Assembly (NCBI GenBank): GCA_021203805.1
Contig: JAJQAM010000006.1
Location: 1-44,844 of the forward strand
Source of the DNA: Coprobacillus sp.
GTDB taxonomy: Bacteria; Bacillota_I; Bacilli_A; RFN20; CAG-826
Direction of reading: 5' to 3'
Length of the DNA stretch: 44,844 nucleotides
The notes under the pieces are model-generated. The model ran no database searches and was not told the origin of the DNA. It worked only from the letters and a program-made list of their open reading frames with translations. Made by a program: the position numbers and the translations under genes. This document shows, piece after piece, positions 18,463 through 27,363 of the stretch (the stretch's first letter is position 1; every line of letters begins with the position of its first letter).

Positions 18463-21237
18463 ATGTATTTATTAGATGATGATGAAGAAATAACCGACGA
18501 CGAAGAAGTAAGCAAAACCCCTGAGGAGGAAGAAGGGGAGGACACCATTAACGAAGTTAATGACACCGCTCTTGAAGACGATGAACTTGAAGAAGGCATC
18601 GTCCCCGGGCTCAGCGACGTTCCTATTACTGACACCGTCAAAAACGCCTTCCTTGACTACGCAATGTCCGTTATTGTAGCGAGAGCTATTCCAGATGTGA
18701 GGGACGGCTTTAAGCCGGTTCATCGAAGAATCCTATTTGGTATGAATGAAGGCGGCTACACCCCTGATAAGCCATATAACAAATGCGCTAAAATTGTGGG
18801 TGACGTTATGGGAAATTACCACCCACACGGCGATGCCGCTATCTATCAGACCCTCGTTAGAATGGCACAGAACTTCTCCATGAGATATCCCCTTGTGGAT
18901 GGACACGGTAACTTTGGTAGTGTCGACGGCGATGAAGCCGCGGCTATGCGATACACCGAAGCCAGAATGAGTAAAATCTCACTTGAGATGGTTCGTGATA
19001 TCGATGCAGACACCGTTGATTTTGTTGATAACTATGACGGCACCGAGAAAGAGCCGGTGGTTTTACCGTCTAGAATTCCAAATCTTCTTATTAACGGCTC
19101 AAGCGGTATTGCTGTGGGTATGGCCACGAATATCCCGCCTCATAATCTCGGAGAGATTATTGACGCTATTGTCGCGGTGGCCCATAACCCCGAGATCGAT
19201 ACTTTAGGACTCCTTAATATCGTCAAAGGACCAGACTTCCCAACTGGAGGTATTATCCTTGGTAAAGGCGGTATTAGAGACGCCTATGAAACCGGAACTG
19301 GGAGCATCGCTATTAGATCTAAATGCGAAATTCAAGATAGAGGAGAAAAAGGCGGCAAACGTATCGTAGTTACCGAAATTCCTTATCAAGTCAATAAAGC
19401 CAACATGATTGAGCACATCGTAGAGCTCGCGCGTGATAAAGTCATTGACGGCATCACCGAGGTAAGAGATGAATCCAACAAAGATGGTGTGCGTGTGGTC
19501 ATTGAGGTGAGAAGAGATGTTATTCCTGAGGTTTTACTAAACCAACTTTATAAAAACACGCAGCTTCAAGTAAGCTACGGCATTATCATGCTTTGCCTTA
19601 TTGACGGGGCTCCTAAGGTGGCGTCCCTTAAAGAAATCCTTCAGTCATATCTCGATTTCCAAATCGAAGTGATTGAAAGAAGAACAAAGCATCTCCTCGC
19701 TAAAGATGAAGCAAGAGATCATATTGTCGTGGGACTTCTTAAATGTCACGATAATATCGATGATATTATCGAGATTATTAAAAATAGTGACACTCCTGAA
19801 AGCGCAGGTGTCGCTCTTAAAGAGAAATATGAGTTCTCGGATGAGCAGCTTAATGCGATTATGGGTATGTCTCTTAGACGTCTCACGGGGATTGAGACTC
19901 AAAAGCTAGAAAACGAGAGAGCCCAGCTTGAGGCTAATATTACTGAATATCATCACATCCTCGAGTCAAGAGAGAATGAAACCGAAGTGGTTTTAAAAGA
20001 ACTACTTGAAATCAAAGAGAAATACGCTGACGAGAGAAAGACTGTTATTTCTAATGATCTCTCCTCGATTGACGACGAAGACCTCATTCCAGAAGAGGAT
20101 ATTGTTATTGCCCTTACAAAGAACGGCTATATCAAGAGACTTCCAAATGACTCCTTCCGCACCCAGAATAGAGGAGGAAGAGGCGTTAGAGGCATGCACA
20201 CTAACGATAACGACATTGTCGATATCTTAGTCAGCGCGAAAACTCATACCGACCTATTATTCTTCACTTCTCTAGGTAAGGTGTATAGAACAAGGGGCCA
20301 CGCGGTTCCTGAATATGGAAAGAACTCCAAAGGCCTTCCAATTGTTAACGTCTTCCAGACACTTGAGAAGGACGAACAAGTTAAAGCTATCATCTGCGTT
20401 GATGAATACGCTGAAGATAGATCACTTATGTTCTTCACCGAGCAAGGCGTTGTTAAGAAGACCCCACTTAAAGAGTTTGAGTCTATTAGAGCAAACGGGA
20501 AGATTGCTCTCAATATGAGAGAGGGAGACTCCCTTGTGAACGTCAAAGAAGTAGAGAGCGACACTCTTGTCTCTATTGGAGGCAGCAATGGTAAACTCGT
20601 GAGTTTCCCCGCAAGCGAAGTTCGTGATATGGGAAGAACCGCGACTGGTGTCAAAGGTATTGATTTACCGGAGGGCGCAAGGGTCGTTGGCGTGACCACT
20701 GCTCTTGAAGGAAAGAACATCCTCGTTATCACTGATAAGGGATATGGTAAGATGAGCGACGCTCAAGATTATCGAATCACAAAACGAGGGGCAAAAGGTG
20801 TAATAACCCTTCATGTCACGGATAGAATTGGCGATTTAATCGATTTAAGAGCGGTCAACGGCGATGAAGATTTAATGGTTATTACCACCGGCGGTGTCGT
20901 CATTAGAACGCCGTTATCTCAGCTTCGCATATCCGGTAGAAATACCCAGGGCGTCAAGATTATAAATCTTGAAGGACGTCAAAAAGTCTCTTCTATTGCT
21001 GTTGTCGCTCATGAAGAAGAAGATCCACTTCTCGATTTAGTGGAAGCCTTTGCAAGCGACAACGGATATGAAAACGTTGCAAAACTAGACGATTTTGATG
21101 AAAAAGCTGTCTACGCACTCTCAAATTCTGATAGTGATGACGCTCCTGTCCTTGCCTTTGTGGAGGGCGAAGAGATTCATCTTGCCACCGAAGAAGAGAC
21201 GGAAGAGTATAACAGACGAGACGATAGCGAAGAATAA
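18463..21237 (+). CDS. gyrA: DNA gyrase subunit A
   Basis: DGFKPVHRR, AAAMRYTE (catalytic Tyr) and GyrA-box QNRGGRG. Confidence 0.97.
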   Translation: MYLLDDDEEITDDEEVSKTPEEEEGEDTINEVNDTALEDDELEEGIVPGLSDVPITDTVKNAFLDYAMSVIVARAIPDVRDGFKPVHRRILFGMNEGGYTPDKPYNKCAKIVGDVMGNYHPHGDAAIYQTLVRMAQNFSMRYPLVDGHGNFGSVDGDEAAAMRYTEARMSKISLEMVRDIDADTVDFVDNYDGTEKEPVVLPSRIPNLLINGSSGIAVGMATNIPPHNLGEIIDAIVAVAHNPEIDTLGLLNIVKGPDFPTGGIILGKGGIRDAYETGTGSIAIRSKCEIQDRGEKGGKRIVVTEIPYQVNKANMIEHIVELARDKVIDGITEVRDESNKDGVRVVIEVRRDVIPEVLLNQLYKNTQLQVSYGIIMLCLIDGAPKVASLKEILQSYLDFQIEVIERRTKHLLAKDEARDHIVVGLLKCHDNIDDIIEIIKNSDTPESAGVALKEKYEFSDEQLNAIMGMSLRRLTGIETQKLENERAQLEANITEYHHILESRENETEVVLKELLEIKEKYADERKTVISNDLSSIDDEDLIPEEDIVIALTKNGYIKRLPNDSFRTQNRGGRGVRGMHTNDNDIVDILVSAKTHTDLLFFTSLGKVYRTRGHAVPEYGKNSKGLPIVNVFQTLEKDEQVKAIICVDEYAEDRSLMFFTEQGVVKKTPLKEFESIRANGKIALNMREGDSLVNVKEVESDTLVSIGGSNGKLVSFPASEVRDMGRTATGVKGIDLPEGARVVGVTTALEGKNILVITDKGYGKMSDAQDYRITKRGAKGVITLHVTDRIGDLIDLRAVNGDEDLMVITTGGVVIRTPLSQLRISGRNTQGVKIINLEGRQKVSSIAVVAHEEEDPLLDLVEAFASDNGYENVAKLDDFDEKAVYALSNSDSDDAPVLAFVEGEEIHLATEEETEEYNRRDDSEE

Positions 21238-22260
21238 ATGAAAGTCTTCATTCCTGAAACTAACTCTAACCATTTTGTGAACTTTGAGGGCACCAGACTT
21301 CTTAAAACCCTCAAAGCCTCTTTAGAGGTAAGTGGTATGGATTATACGAGTAGTGTGGTGGACCAATTTGATGTCGTTCACCTCATCTCTCCGCTTGATG
21401 TTAATAAAGAGAACGATGCTCTCGAGAGAGGGATTCCGGTTGTTATCAGTGCGATGTTTACTGAAAGCGACCCATCATGTTCCTTTATTGAATATAAAAG
21501 GGACAGTAAAGAAATAGCGGTCCCTCAAAAGACACTTAACTTCTTAAATAAGGGCGATATTGTCCTTGTCCCCTCTATTCAAGCTCAGCTATTCCTTAAA
21601 GAGAGTGGCGTTAATAAAGAAATACTTGTCTGTCCCCCTGGAATTGATCTAGAGCACTACACAAAACCTTCTAAAGGACAGAAAGAAGTCTTCTACCGCT
21701 ACTTCAGAGAGGAAACATTCAAAGATTTGGTTGTCGCCGTAGGCGACTACCAATCTACCGACGGAATGTCGGTGTTTCTTGAAGTTGCAAGAGAATTCCC
21801 TAATATTCTATTTTATTATTTTGGGCCCTATCCAATTGATAAGGCGAGCCCAAATATAAGAAAAACTGCACAGACACCATTAAAGAATGTAAAATTTGTA
21901 GGTGATGTCCCTGATGACGTCTATGAAAGTGCTCTATTAAATGCTAAAATCTTCCTTCTTCCTTCATATAGACCCATCGGGATTATGTCGCTATTTGAGG
22001 CCATTGCCTCTCACTGCCAAATTGTCGTGAGAAGCCAGGCGAATCTCGGCGGCTTTCTAAGAGAAGGAAGAAACGCATATATGGGAGAATATAGTGAGAC
22101 ATTAATCTCACTTTGTAGAGATTATCTCAACGGGAAAATTTCTCCTACAACTGAAGCAGCATATGAAGAGCTTTCTCACTACTCATTAGAGTCAAGCGGG
22201 AAGCAGCTTAAAGCCATTTATCAAGAAGTTTATAACGTACACGGATTCAAAGGAGTATAG
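21238..22260 (+). CDS. GT-B fold glycosyltransferase (GT4-like), divergent
   Basis: DVVHLI, LVPS, PGIDL, FVGDV and FLLPS...EAIAS elements; abuts the gyrA stop (TAA ATG). Confidence 0.7.
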   Translation: MKVFIPETNSNHFVNFEGTRLLKTLKASLEVSGMDYTSSVVDQFDVVHLISPLDVNKENDALERGIPVVISAMFTESDPSCSFIEYKRDSKEIAVPQKTLNFLNKGDIVLVPSIQAQLFLKESGVNKEILVCPPGIDLEHYTKPSKGQKEVFYRYFREETFKDLVVAVGDYQSTDGMSVFLEVAREFPNILFYYFGPYPIDKASPNIRKTAQTPLKNVKFVGDVPDDVYESALLNAKIFLLPSYRPIGIMSLFEAIASHCQIVVRSQANLGGFLREGRNAYMGEYSETLISLCRDYLNGKISPTTEAAYEELSHYSLESSGKQLKAIYQEVYNVHGFKGV

Positions 22261-22263
22261 GCT

Positions 22264-23544
22264 ATGATTGATATTAACTTAATCAGAGAAGATCCTAAAA
22301 AGGTTCAAGATGCTCTAGCAAAAAAAGGCTGGAACACCGACTTTTCTCATCTTTTATCCCTAGATTCCTTCCGCCGTGATTTACTTAAAACAGTTGAGGA
22401 TAATAAAGCGGAAGTTAATCGACTTTCTGCTTCTGTTCCAGAGGTCAAGAAAAACGGCGGCAACGTAGATGAAATCTTTGCAAAAGTTAAAGAAATTAAC
22501 AAGAAAAATGAAGGTTTTGAAGAAAACCTAAAGAAAATTGAAGCCGAAATTAACGAGTTTATGGAAGCGCTTCCTAATCTTCCAGATGATGATTTAAAAG
22601 AAGGTCACGAGGAAAATAATGAGGTTTTAAAGGTCTATGGAGATAAGCCTGAATTCTCCTTCACCCCTAAGGATCATATGGAGCTAGCGACTTCCCTAGG
22701 CTTAGTTGACTATGAAAGAGGCTCTAAGATTGCTGGAAGAAGCAGTTGGGTCTACACCGGGGTAGGCGCCCAGCTTGAGTGGGCGCTCCTCAATTACTTC
22801 ATTTCAGAGCACCTTAAAGATGGATATACTTTTATCCTACCTCCACATACATTAAGCGAAGAGAGTGGATATACCGCTGGGCAGTTCCCAAAGTTTAAAG
22901 ATGATGTTTTCTGGCTCGAGGGAATTGAACCTAATAGATTCCTCCTTCCCACCGCTGAGACCGCTCTTGTAAATCTTCATAGAAATGAAATTCTTAGTGA
23001 AGATGAACTTCCTAAAAAGTACTTCTCTTATACTCCTTGCTACCGTAGAGAAGCGGGCTCTTATAGGACAGAAGAAAGAGGAATGATTAGAGGCTATCAA
23101 TTCGACAAGGTCGAAATGGTTATGTACACAAAGCCAGAATATAGTGATTTAGCGTTTGAAGAGCTATTAAATAAGGCTATTTCACTAGTGGAAAAGCTAG
23201 GCCTTCACTTCCGCGTCAATAAACTTGCCGCTGGAGAGATCTCTCATTCTATGGCGAGAACCTATGATATAGAGGTTTATATACCATCTATGGGACTATA
23301 TAAAGAAGTTAGCTCTGTTAGCAACGCAAGAGACTATCAAGCAAGGCGCGGAATGATTAGATATAGAGACAAAGAAAGCGGTAAAACTAGGTATGTTCAC
23401 ACTCTAAATGCCTCTGGACTTGCCACTTCTAGGCTCTTCCCCGCTATCCTAGAGCAGTTCCAACAGGAAGATGGATCAGTCCTGATTCCTGAAGTATTAA
23501 GGCCCTTTATGGGAGGCCTTGAAGTAATTAAGCCAATTAAGTAA
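22264..23544 (+). CDS. serS: Seryl-tRNA synthetase
   Basis: LLPTAET, CYRREAG, QFDKVEM, EVSSVSN and TLNASGLATSR motifs. Confidence 0.97.
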   Translation: MIDINLIREDPKKVQDALAKKGWNTDFSHLLSLDSFRRDLLKTVEDNKAEVNRLSASVPEVKKNGGNVDEIFAKVKEINKKNEGFEENLKKIEAEINEFMEALPNLPDDDLKEGHEENNEVLKVYGDKPEFSFTPKDHMELATSLGLVDYERGSKIAGRSSWVYTGVGAQLEWALLNYFISEHLKDGYTFILPPHTLSEESGYTAGQFPKFKDDVFWLEGIEPNRFLLPTAETALVNLHRNEILSEDELPKKYFSYTPCYRREAGSYRTEERGMIRGYQFDKVEMVMYTKPEYSDLAFEELLNKAISLVEKLGLHFRVNKLAAGEISHSMARTYDIEVYIPSMGLYKEVSSVSNARDYQARRGMIRYRDKESGKTRYVHTLNASGLATSRLFPAILEQFQQEDGSVLIPEVLRPFMGGLEVIKPIK

Positions 23545-23570
23545 AGGACATCGTTAGATGTCTTTTCTTT
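23543..23570 (+). terminator. Intrinsic terminator after serS
   Basis: AAAGGACATC-GTTA-GATGTCTTTT followed by CTTT. Confidence 0.75.
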
Positions 23571-23587
23571 AATATAAAAATTACGAG

Positions 23588-23596
23588 TGTTATAAT
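23588..23596 (+). promoter_or_regulatory. Extended -10 promoter for the SRP RNA
   Basis: TG-t-TATAAT immediately upstream of the RNA 5' stem. Confidence 0.65.
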
Positions 23597-23599
23597 AAA

Positions 23600-23680
23600 A
23601 CTGCCATCGCGATGGGTACTAACGAACCAGGTCAGGTCAGGAATGGAGCAGCCTTAAGTGACTTATCCATGTGCGGTGGT
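23600..23680 (+). ncRNA. ffs: Small bacterial signal recognition particle RNA (4.5S type)
   Basis: Helix-8 core GAACCAGGTCAGGTCAGGAATGGAGCAGCC; ends pair (ACTGCC/GGTGGT and ATGGGTA/TATCCAT); no Alu domain. Confidence 0.88.
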
Positions 23681-23688
23681 TTGCTGTT

Positions 23689-24144
23689 ATGGAAAAAGAC
23701 GCAGAATTTTTTATGACTTTAGCGATTAATGAAGCAAAAAGCGCTATGGAACTCGATGAGGTTCCAGTAGGCGCTATTATCGTTAAAGACGGAGAAGTTA
23801 TAGCGAGCGCTCATAACACAAGAGAGAGCGAGCAAAGTCCACTTGGACACGCCGAGTTAACTTGCATCAAAAAAGCGAGTGAAGCACTCGGCTCATGGAG
23901 ACTCTCGGGCTGCGATTTATATGTGACGCTTGAGCCCTGCATGATGTGCGCGGGCGCGATTATTGAGTCAAGAATTAACCGATTATATATCGGCGCACTC
24001 GATTCTAAAAACGGCGCAATAGTCTCACAAATCAATTTATTATCGCTTCCCAATTTATCTTCAAAACCTCAAATTTTTACCGGAGTTTTAAAGGAAAATT
24101 GTGAAGGACTGCTTACTTTTTATTTTAAAAATAAAAGAAATTAG
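23689..24144 (+). CDS. tadA: tRNA adenosine-34 deaminase
   Basis: EVPVGA, GHAE and TLEPCMMC motifs; start moved to the ATG at 23689, past the SRP RNA. Confidence 0.93.
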   Translation: MEKDAEFFMTLAINEAKSAMELDEVPVGAIIVKDGEVIASAHNTRESEQSPLGHAELTCIKKASEALGSWRLSGCDLYVTLEPCMMCAGAIIESRINRLYIGALDSKNGAIVSQINLLSLPNLSSKPQIFTGVLKENCEGLLTFYFKNKRN

Positions 24145-24155
24145 ATTGGTAGAGC

Positions 24156-26675
24156 ATGGGAAAAAAGAAAAAAGAAGAAGAGAAAGAAATCGTTCGTATT
24201 GAATCAAGCTACAAGCACGGCCTTAGCCTTGAACAAGTAGCTGAGAGAACAGCGGATGGTTTAACTAACAAGACGAAAGTCATCGTGGGTAAATCTTACT
24301 GGGAGATTATCAGAACTGATGTCTTCTCTTTCTTTGACATTATGCTTTATGTCATCGCCGCGATGATGATTTGGGCGGGCTTCTATTCCTCTCTTGCTTT
24401 CCTCGCTATTCTTATTCCTAACATCATCATATGTCTTTATGAAGATATCAAAGCGAGACGACTAGTTACTAAACTTAGAATTATATCCGCTCCTCACTCA
24501 AAAGTTATAAGAAACGGAGAAGAAACTCAAATTCCTTCTGATGACGTTGTTCTTGATGATGTCATTCTTTTAAGTGCGGGTGATCAAGTCGTTTGTGATG
24601 GAACCATCCTTAATGGCTCGGCTCAGGTTAATGAATCCCAAATCACTGGTGAATCTGTTCCTCTAAATAAAGGCAAGGGGGATGAAGTCCTTTCTGGATC
24701 CTATATCATAAGCGGTAAATGCTATATCAGAGCAGAGAAAGTCGGCAAAGATACCTACATTGAATCCGTTCAAGGAAGTGCTAATCAGTTTAAGAGAGCA
24801 AACTCTGTTATTCTTTCCTCCCTTAATAAGATGTTCCTTACCATTGGATTTATTGTCATTGGTATCTTAATCCTTACCTTAGTGCTTTATTATTTCCAGG
24901 GATCCCTATCCACTGTTGAAGACGTTAAGAGCGCTATTGGCCCATTAAGTGCTTCTCTTGTCGGTATGATTCCTACAGGCTTATACCTGTCCTGCTCTAT
25001 ATGTATTGGCGTGGGCACTATTAACCTTGCTAAAAGGCAAACCCTTGTTCAGGATATGTATTCTCTTGAAATGCTTGCCAGAGTGGATGTTTTATGCGTT
25101 GATAAAACGGGAACTATTACCGATGGTAATATGCACGTCAAAGAATTAATTCCTTTTGATAACAACAAAAAGCATCATCTAGAGCAGATTGTTTCTAATA
25201 TCCTTGAAGCTACAGAAGACACAAATGACACCGCTAACGCATTAAGAGATGCCTATCATCTTAAGATGGACGCTAAAGTTAAGACCTCTCTTCCATTTAC
25301 GAGTGATAATAAATATTCAGGAGCGACATTTACCTCTGGTAAATCCTATTTTATAGGCGCTCCAGAATATCTTGATATAGAGCACAAAAGAAAAATAATA
25401 AATCAACTATCCTCCTATACCACTAAGGGATTCCGTGTTCTTGTTATTGCGGAATCAAGTCATGCTATTAAAGACGGCAAGGCCCAAGGTCCTCTTACCG
25501 CTTTAGGAGCAGTTATTCTTGTAGATAATGTCAGAGAAAACGCTCCTAAGACTTTTAGATGGTTTAATGAGAACGGCGTGGCCACTAAAGTTATCTCTGG
25601 TGATAATGCTCTAACCGTGTCCGCGATTGCTCAAGAAGCAGGCATTGAAGGAGCAGAGAGATATGTCTCTCTTGATGAATATGAAGACGAAGATGAAATC
25701 AGAGCGCTTGCGACTCAATATACCGTTTTCGGAAGAGTTAAGCCTGAACAGAAGAGATATTTGATTGAAGGACTGCAAGCGCAGGGGCACTGCGTAGCCA
25801 TGACAGGCGACGGTGTTAACGATATTTTAGCCCTTAAGAAAGCTGACTGCTCTATCGCTATGGCGGATGGCGCGGAGGTCGCGCGTAACGTCTCCCACCT
25901 CGTCTTACTTGACTCTGATTTTGACCACCTCCCTGAGATTGTTAAGGAAGGCAGACGATCAATTAATAACCTTCAGAGAACTGGATCACTCTTCCTCTCG
26001 AAGACCATGTTTGCCATGTTCTTCTCGATTATGTTCCTCCTCTTCTCCTTTGTCCTTAGTAATTCTTCGCTTAGATATCCGTTCCTCGTGAACAATATGT
26101 ATCTATGGGAGTTCCTTGGTATTGGACTAACCGGAATTATCCTTTCACTAGAACCATCTCACGAACCTATAAAGCCTGGGTTCCTGCGTAATATATTTAG
26201 AAAAGCCATACCTGGCGGTGTCATGATGATCCTTGCGACTAGCTGTATCTTTATCTACGGACTACTTGTCATGAGAGAAACAGGCGAGTTCCCACTTGAA
26301 CTAATGAGAGCGATGGGCGCTATTACGGTTTCTATCTTGTGTATGGTTATCCTGCTTATGGTGGTGTTGCCGTTTACCAAATTCCGACTCTGGGTTTTTG
26401 TGGGGGCAGTGGTCCTCGATGTGGCCGCGCTTCTCATTGTGGCCTTTGTCTGGGGCGGCAATCCAAATAACATCTTGGGTATCCATTATGAGCTGCTTGC
26501 GGGAACAGAATACTTCCTTATTTCGTTAATTGTGATCTTCTTCTCGTTTGTTTATATATTCGTCAACTATGTCATCAATATTATCAACAAGAGAAAAATG
26601 GAGATACTTGCTCTTAAGCGAAAAGAGCAGCAAGAAGCCTATGCAGCGGGATCACAAGACTTTAGCACCTCTTAG
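24156..26675 (+). CDS. P-type ATPase (type II-like, substrate unknown)
   Basis: TGES, DKTGT, SGDN and MTGDGVND motifs; TM4 reads IPTGL. Confidence 0.92.
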   Translation: MGKKKKEEEKEIVRIESSYKHGLSLEQVAERTADGLTNKTKVIVGKSYWEIIRTDVFSFFDIMLYVIAAMMIWAGFYSSLAFLAILIPNIIICLYEDIKARRLVTKLRIISAPHSKVIRNGEETQIPSDDVVLDDVILLSAGDQVVCDGTILNGSAQVNESQITGESVPLNKGKGDEVLSGSYIISGKCYIRAEKVGKDTYIESVQGSANQFKRANSVILSSLNKMFLTIGFIVIGILILTLVLYYFQGSLSTVEDVKSAIGPLSASLVGMIPTGLYLSCSICIGVGTINLAKRQTLVQDMYSLEMLARVDVLCVDKTGTITDGNMHVKELIPFDNNKKHHLEQIVSNILEATEDTNDTANALRDAYHLKMDAKVKTSLPFTSDNKYSGATFTSGKSYFIGAPEYLDIEHKRKIINQLSSYTTKGFRVLVIAESSHAIKDGKAQGPLTALGAVILVDNVRENAPKTFRWFNENGVATKVISGDNALTVSAIAQEAGIEGAERYVSLDEYEDEDEIRALATQYTVFGRVKPEQKRYLIEGLQAQGHCVAMTGDGVNDILALKKADCSIAMADGAEVARNVSHLVLLDSDFDHLPEIVKEGRRSINNLQRTGSLFLSKTMFAMFFSIMFLLFSFVLSNSSLRYPFLVNNMYLWEFLGIGLTGIILSLEPSHEPIKPGFLRNIFRKAIPGGVMMILATSCIFIYGLLVMRETGEFPLELMRAMGAITVSILCMVILLMVVLPFTKFRLWVFVGAVVLDVAALLIVAFVWGGNPNNILGIHYELLAGTEYFLISLIVIFFSFVYIFVNYVINIINKRKMEILALKRKEQQEAYAAGSQDFSTS

Positions 26676-26701
26676 ATGAGCTAATTTGGGATAATGGGGA
26701 T

Positions 26702-27277
26702 ATGAAAACAGAAAGGAAGTTTATTGACGCACTTAAAACCATGATGGCGGAGCAACCGCTTGAAACTATTAGTGTGGCTGCAATTGCTAAAAAGTGCGGT
26801 GTTCAGCGTCAAACATTCTATTACTACTTTAGTGATATTTATGATCTAATTGTGGTGACCTTCCTCAATGAAAAGATTACCGAAATTAACTTTGTTAAGA
26901 ACTTTGATGAGATGCTTGATTGCTTCTTTGCCTACTACAAAACTAATAAGAAATTCTTAGACGCAACCATTGAATCCGCAGGGAAAGATGCCTTTACTGA
27001 ATTCATCCAAAACAATGCATATCAGGTGTATCTCCGCTTCATTAGCATGGTAAGTGACTCTAAAGAGCTCACCACCGTGGAGAAGAAAGCTATTGCTAGA
27101 TATCATTCAAATGCCTTTGCTAATGTTTTTATTAATTACCTCTCTTCTCATAAGCAGAAGACCTATCCAGAGCTAAAGGGTCAGTTTGAATTTCTTAAGG
27201 ACGACTTCATTAAAGAAGCGGTTAACGACACAATTAAAAGAAAGAAGAAAAACGCTACGCAAGCAGCAAAGAAATGA
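26702..27277 (+). CDS. TetR/AcrR family regulator
   Basis: HTH ISVAAIAKKCGVQRQTFYYYFSDIYDL. Confidence 0.92.
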   Translation: MKTERKFIDALKTMMAEQPLETISVAAIAKKCGVQRQTFYYYFSDIYDLIVVTFLNEKITEINFVKNFDEMLDCFFAYYKTNKKFLDATIESAGKDAFTEFIQNNAYQVYLRFISMVSDSKELTTVEKKAIARYHSNAFANVFINYLSSHKQKTYPELKGQFEFLKDDFIKEAVNDTIKRKKKNATQAAKK

Positions 27278-27363
27278 TATAGAATATCATTACGCTCGTT
27301 TATAGGCTAGCTAGACATACGTTAAGTAGCTTAACTACTTATAAACGAAAGGAACAAATTAAT

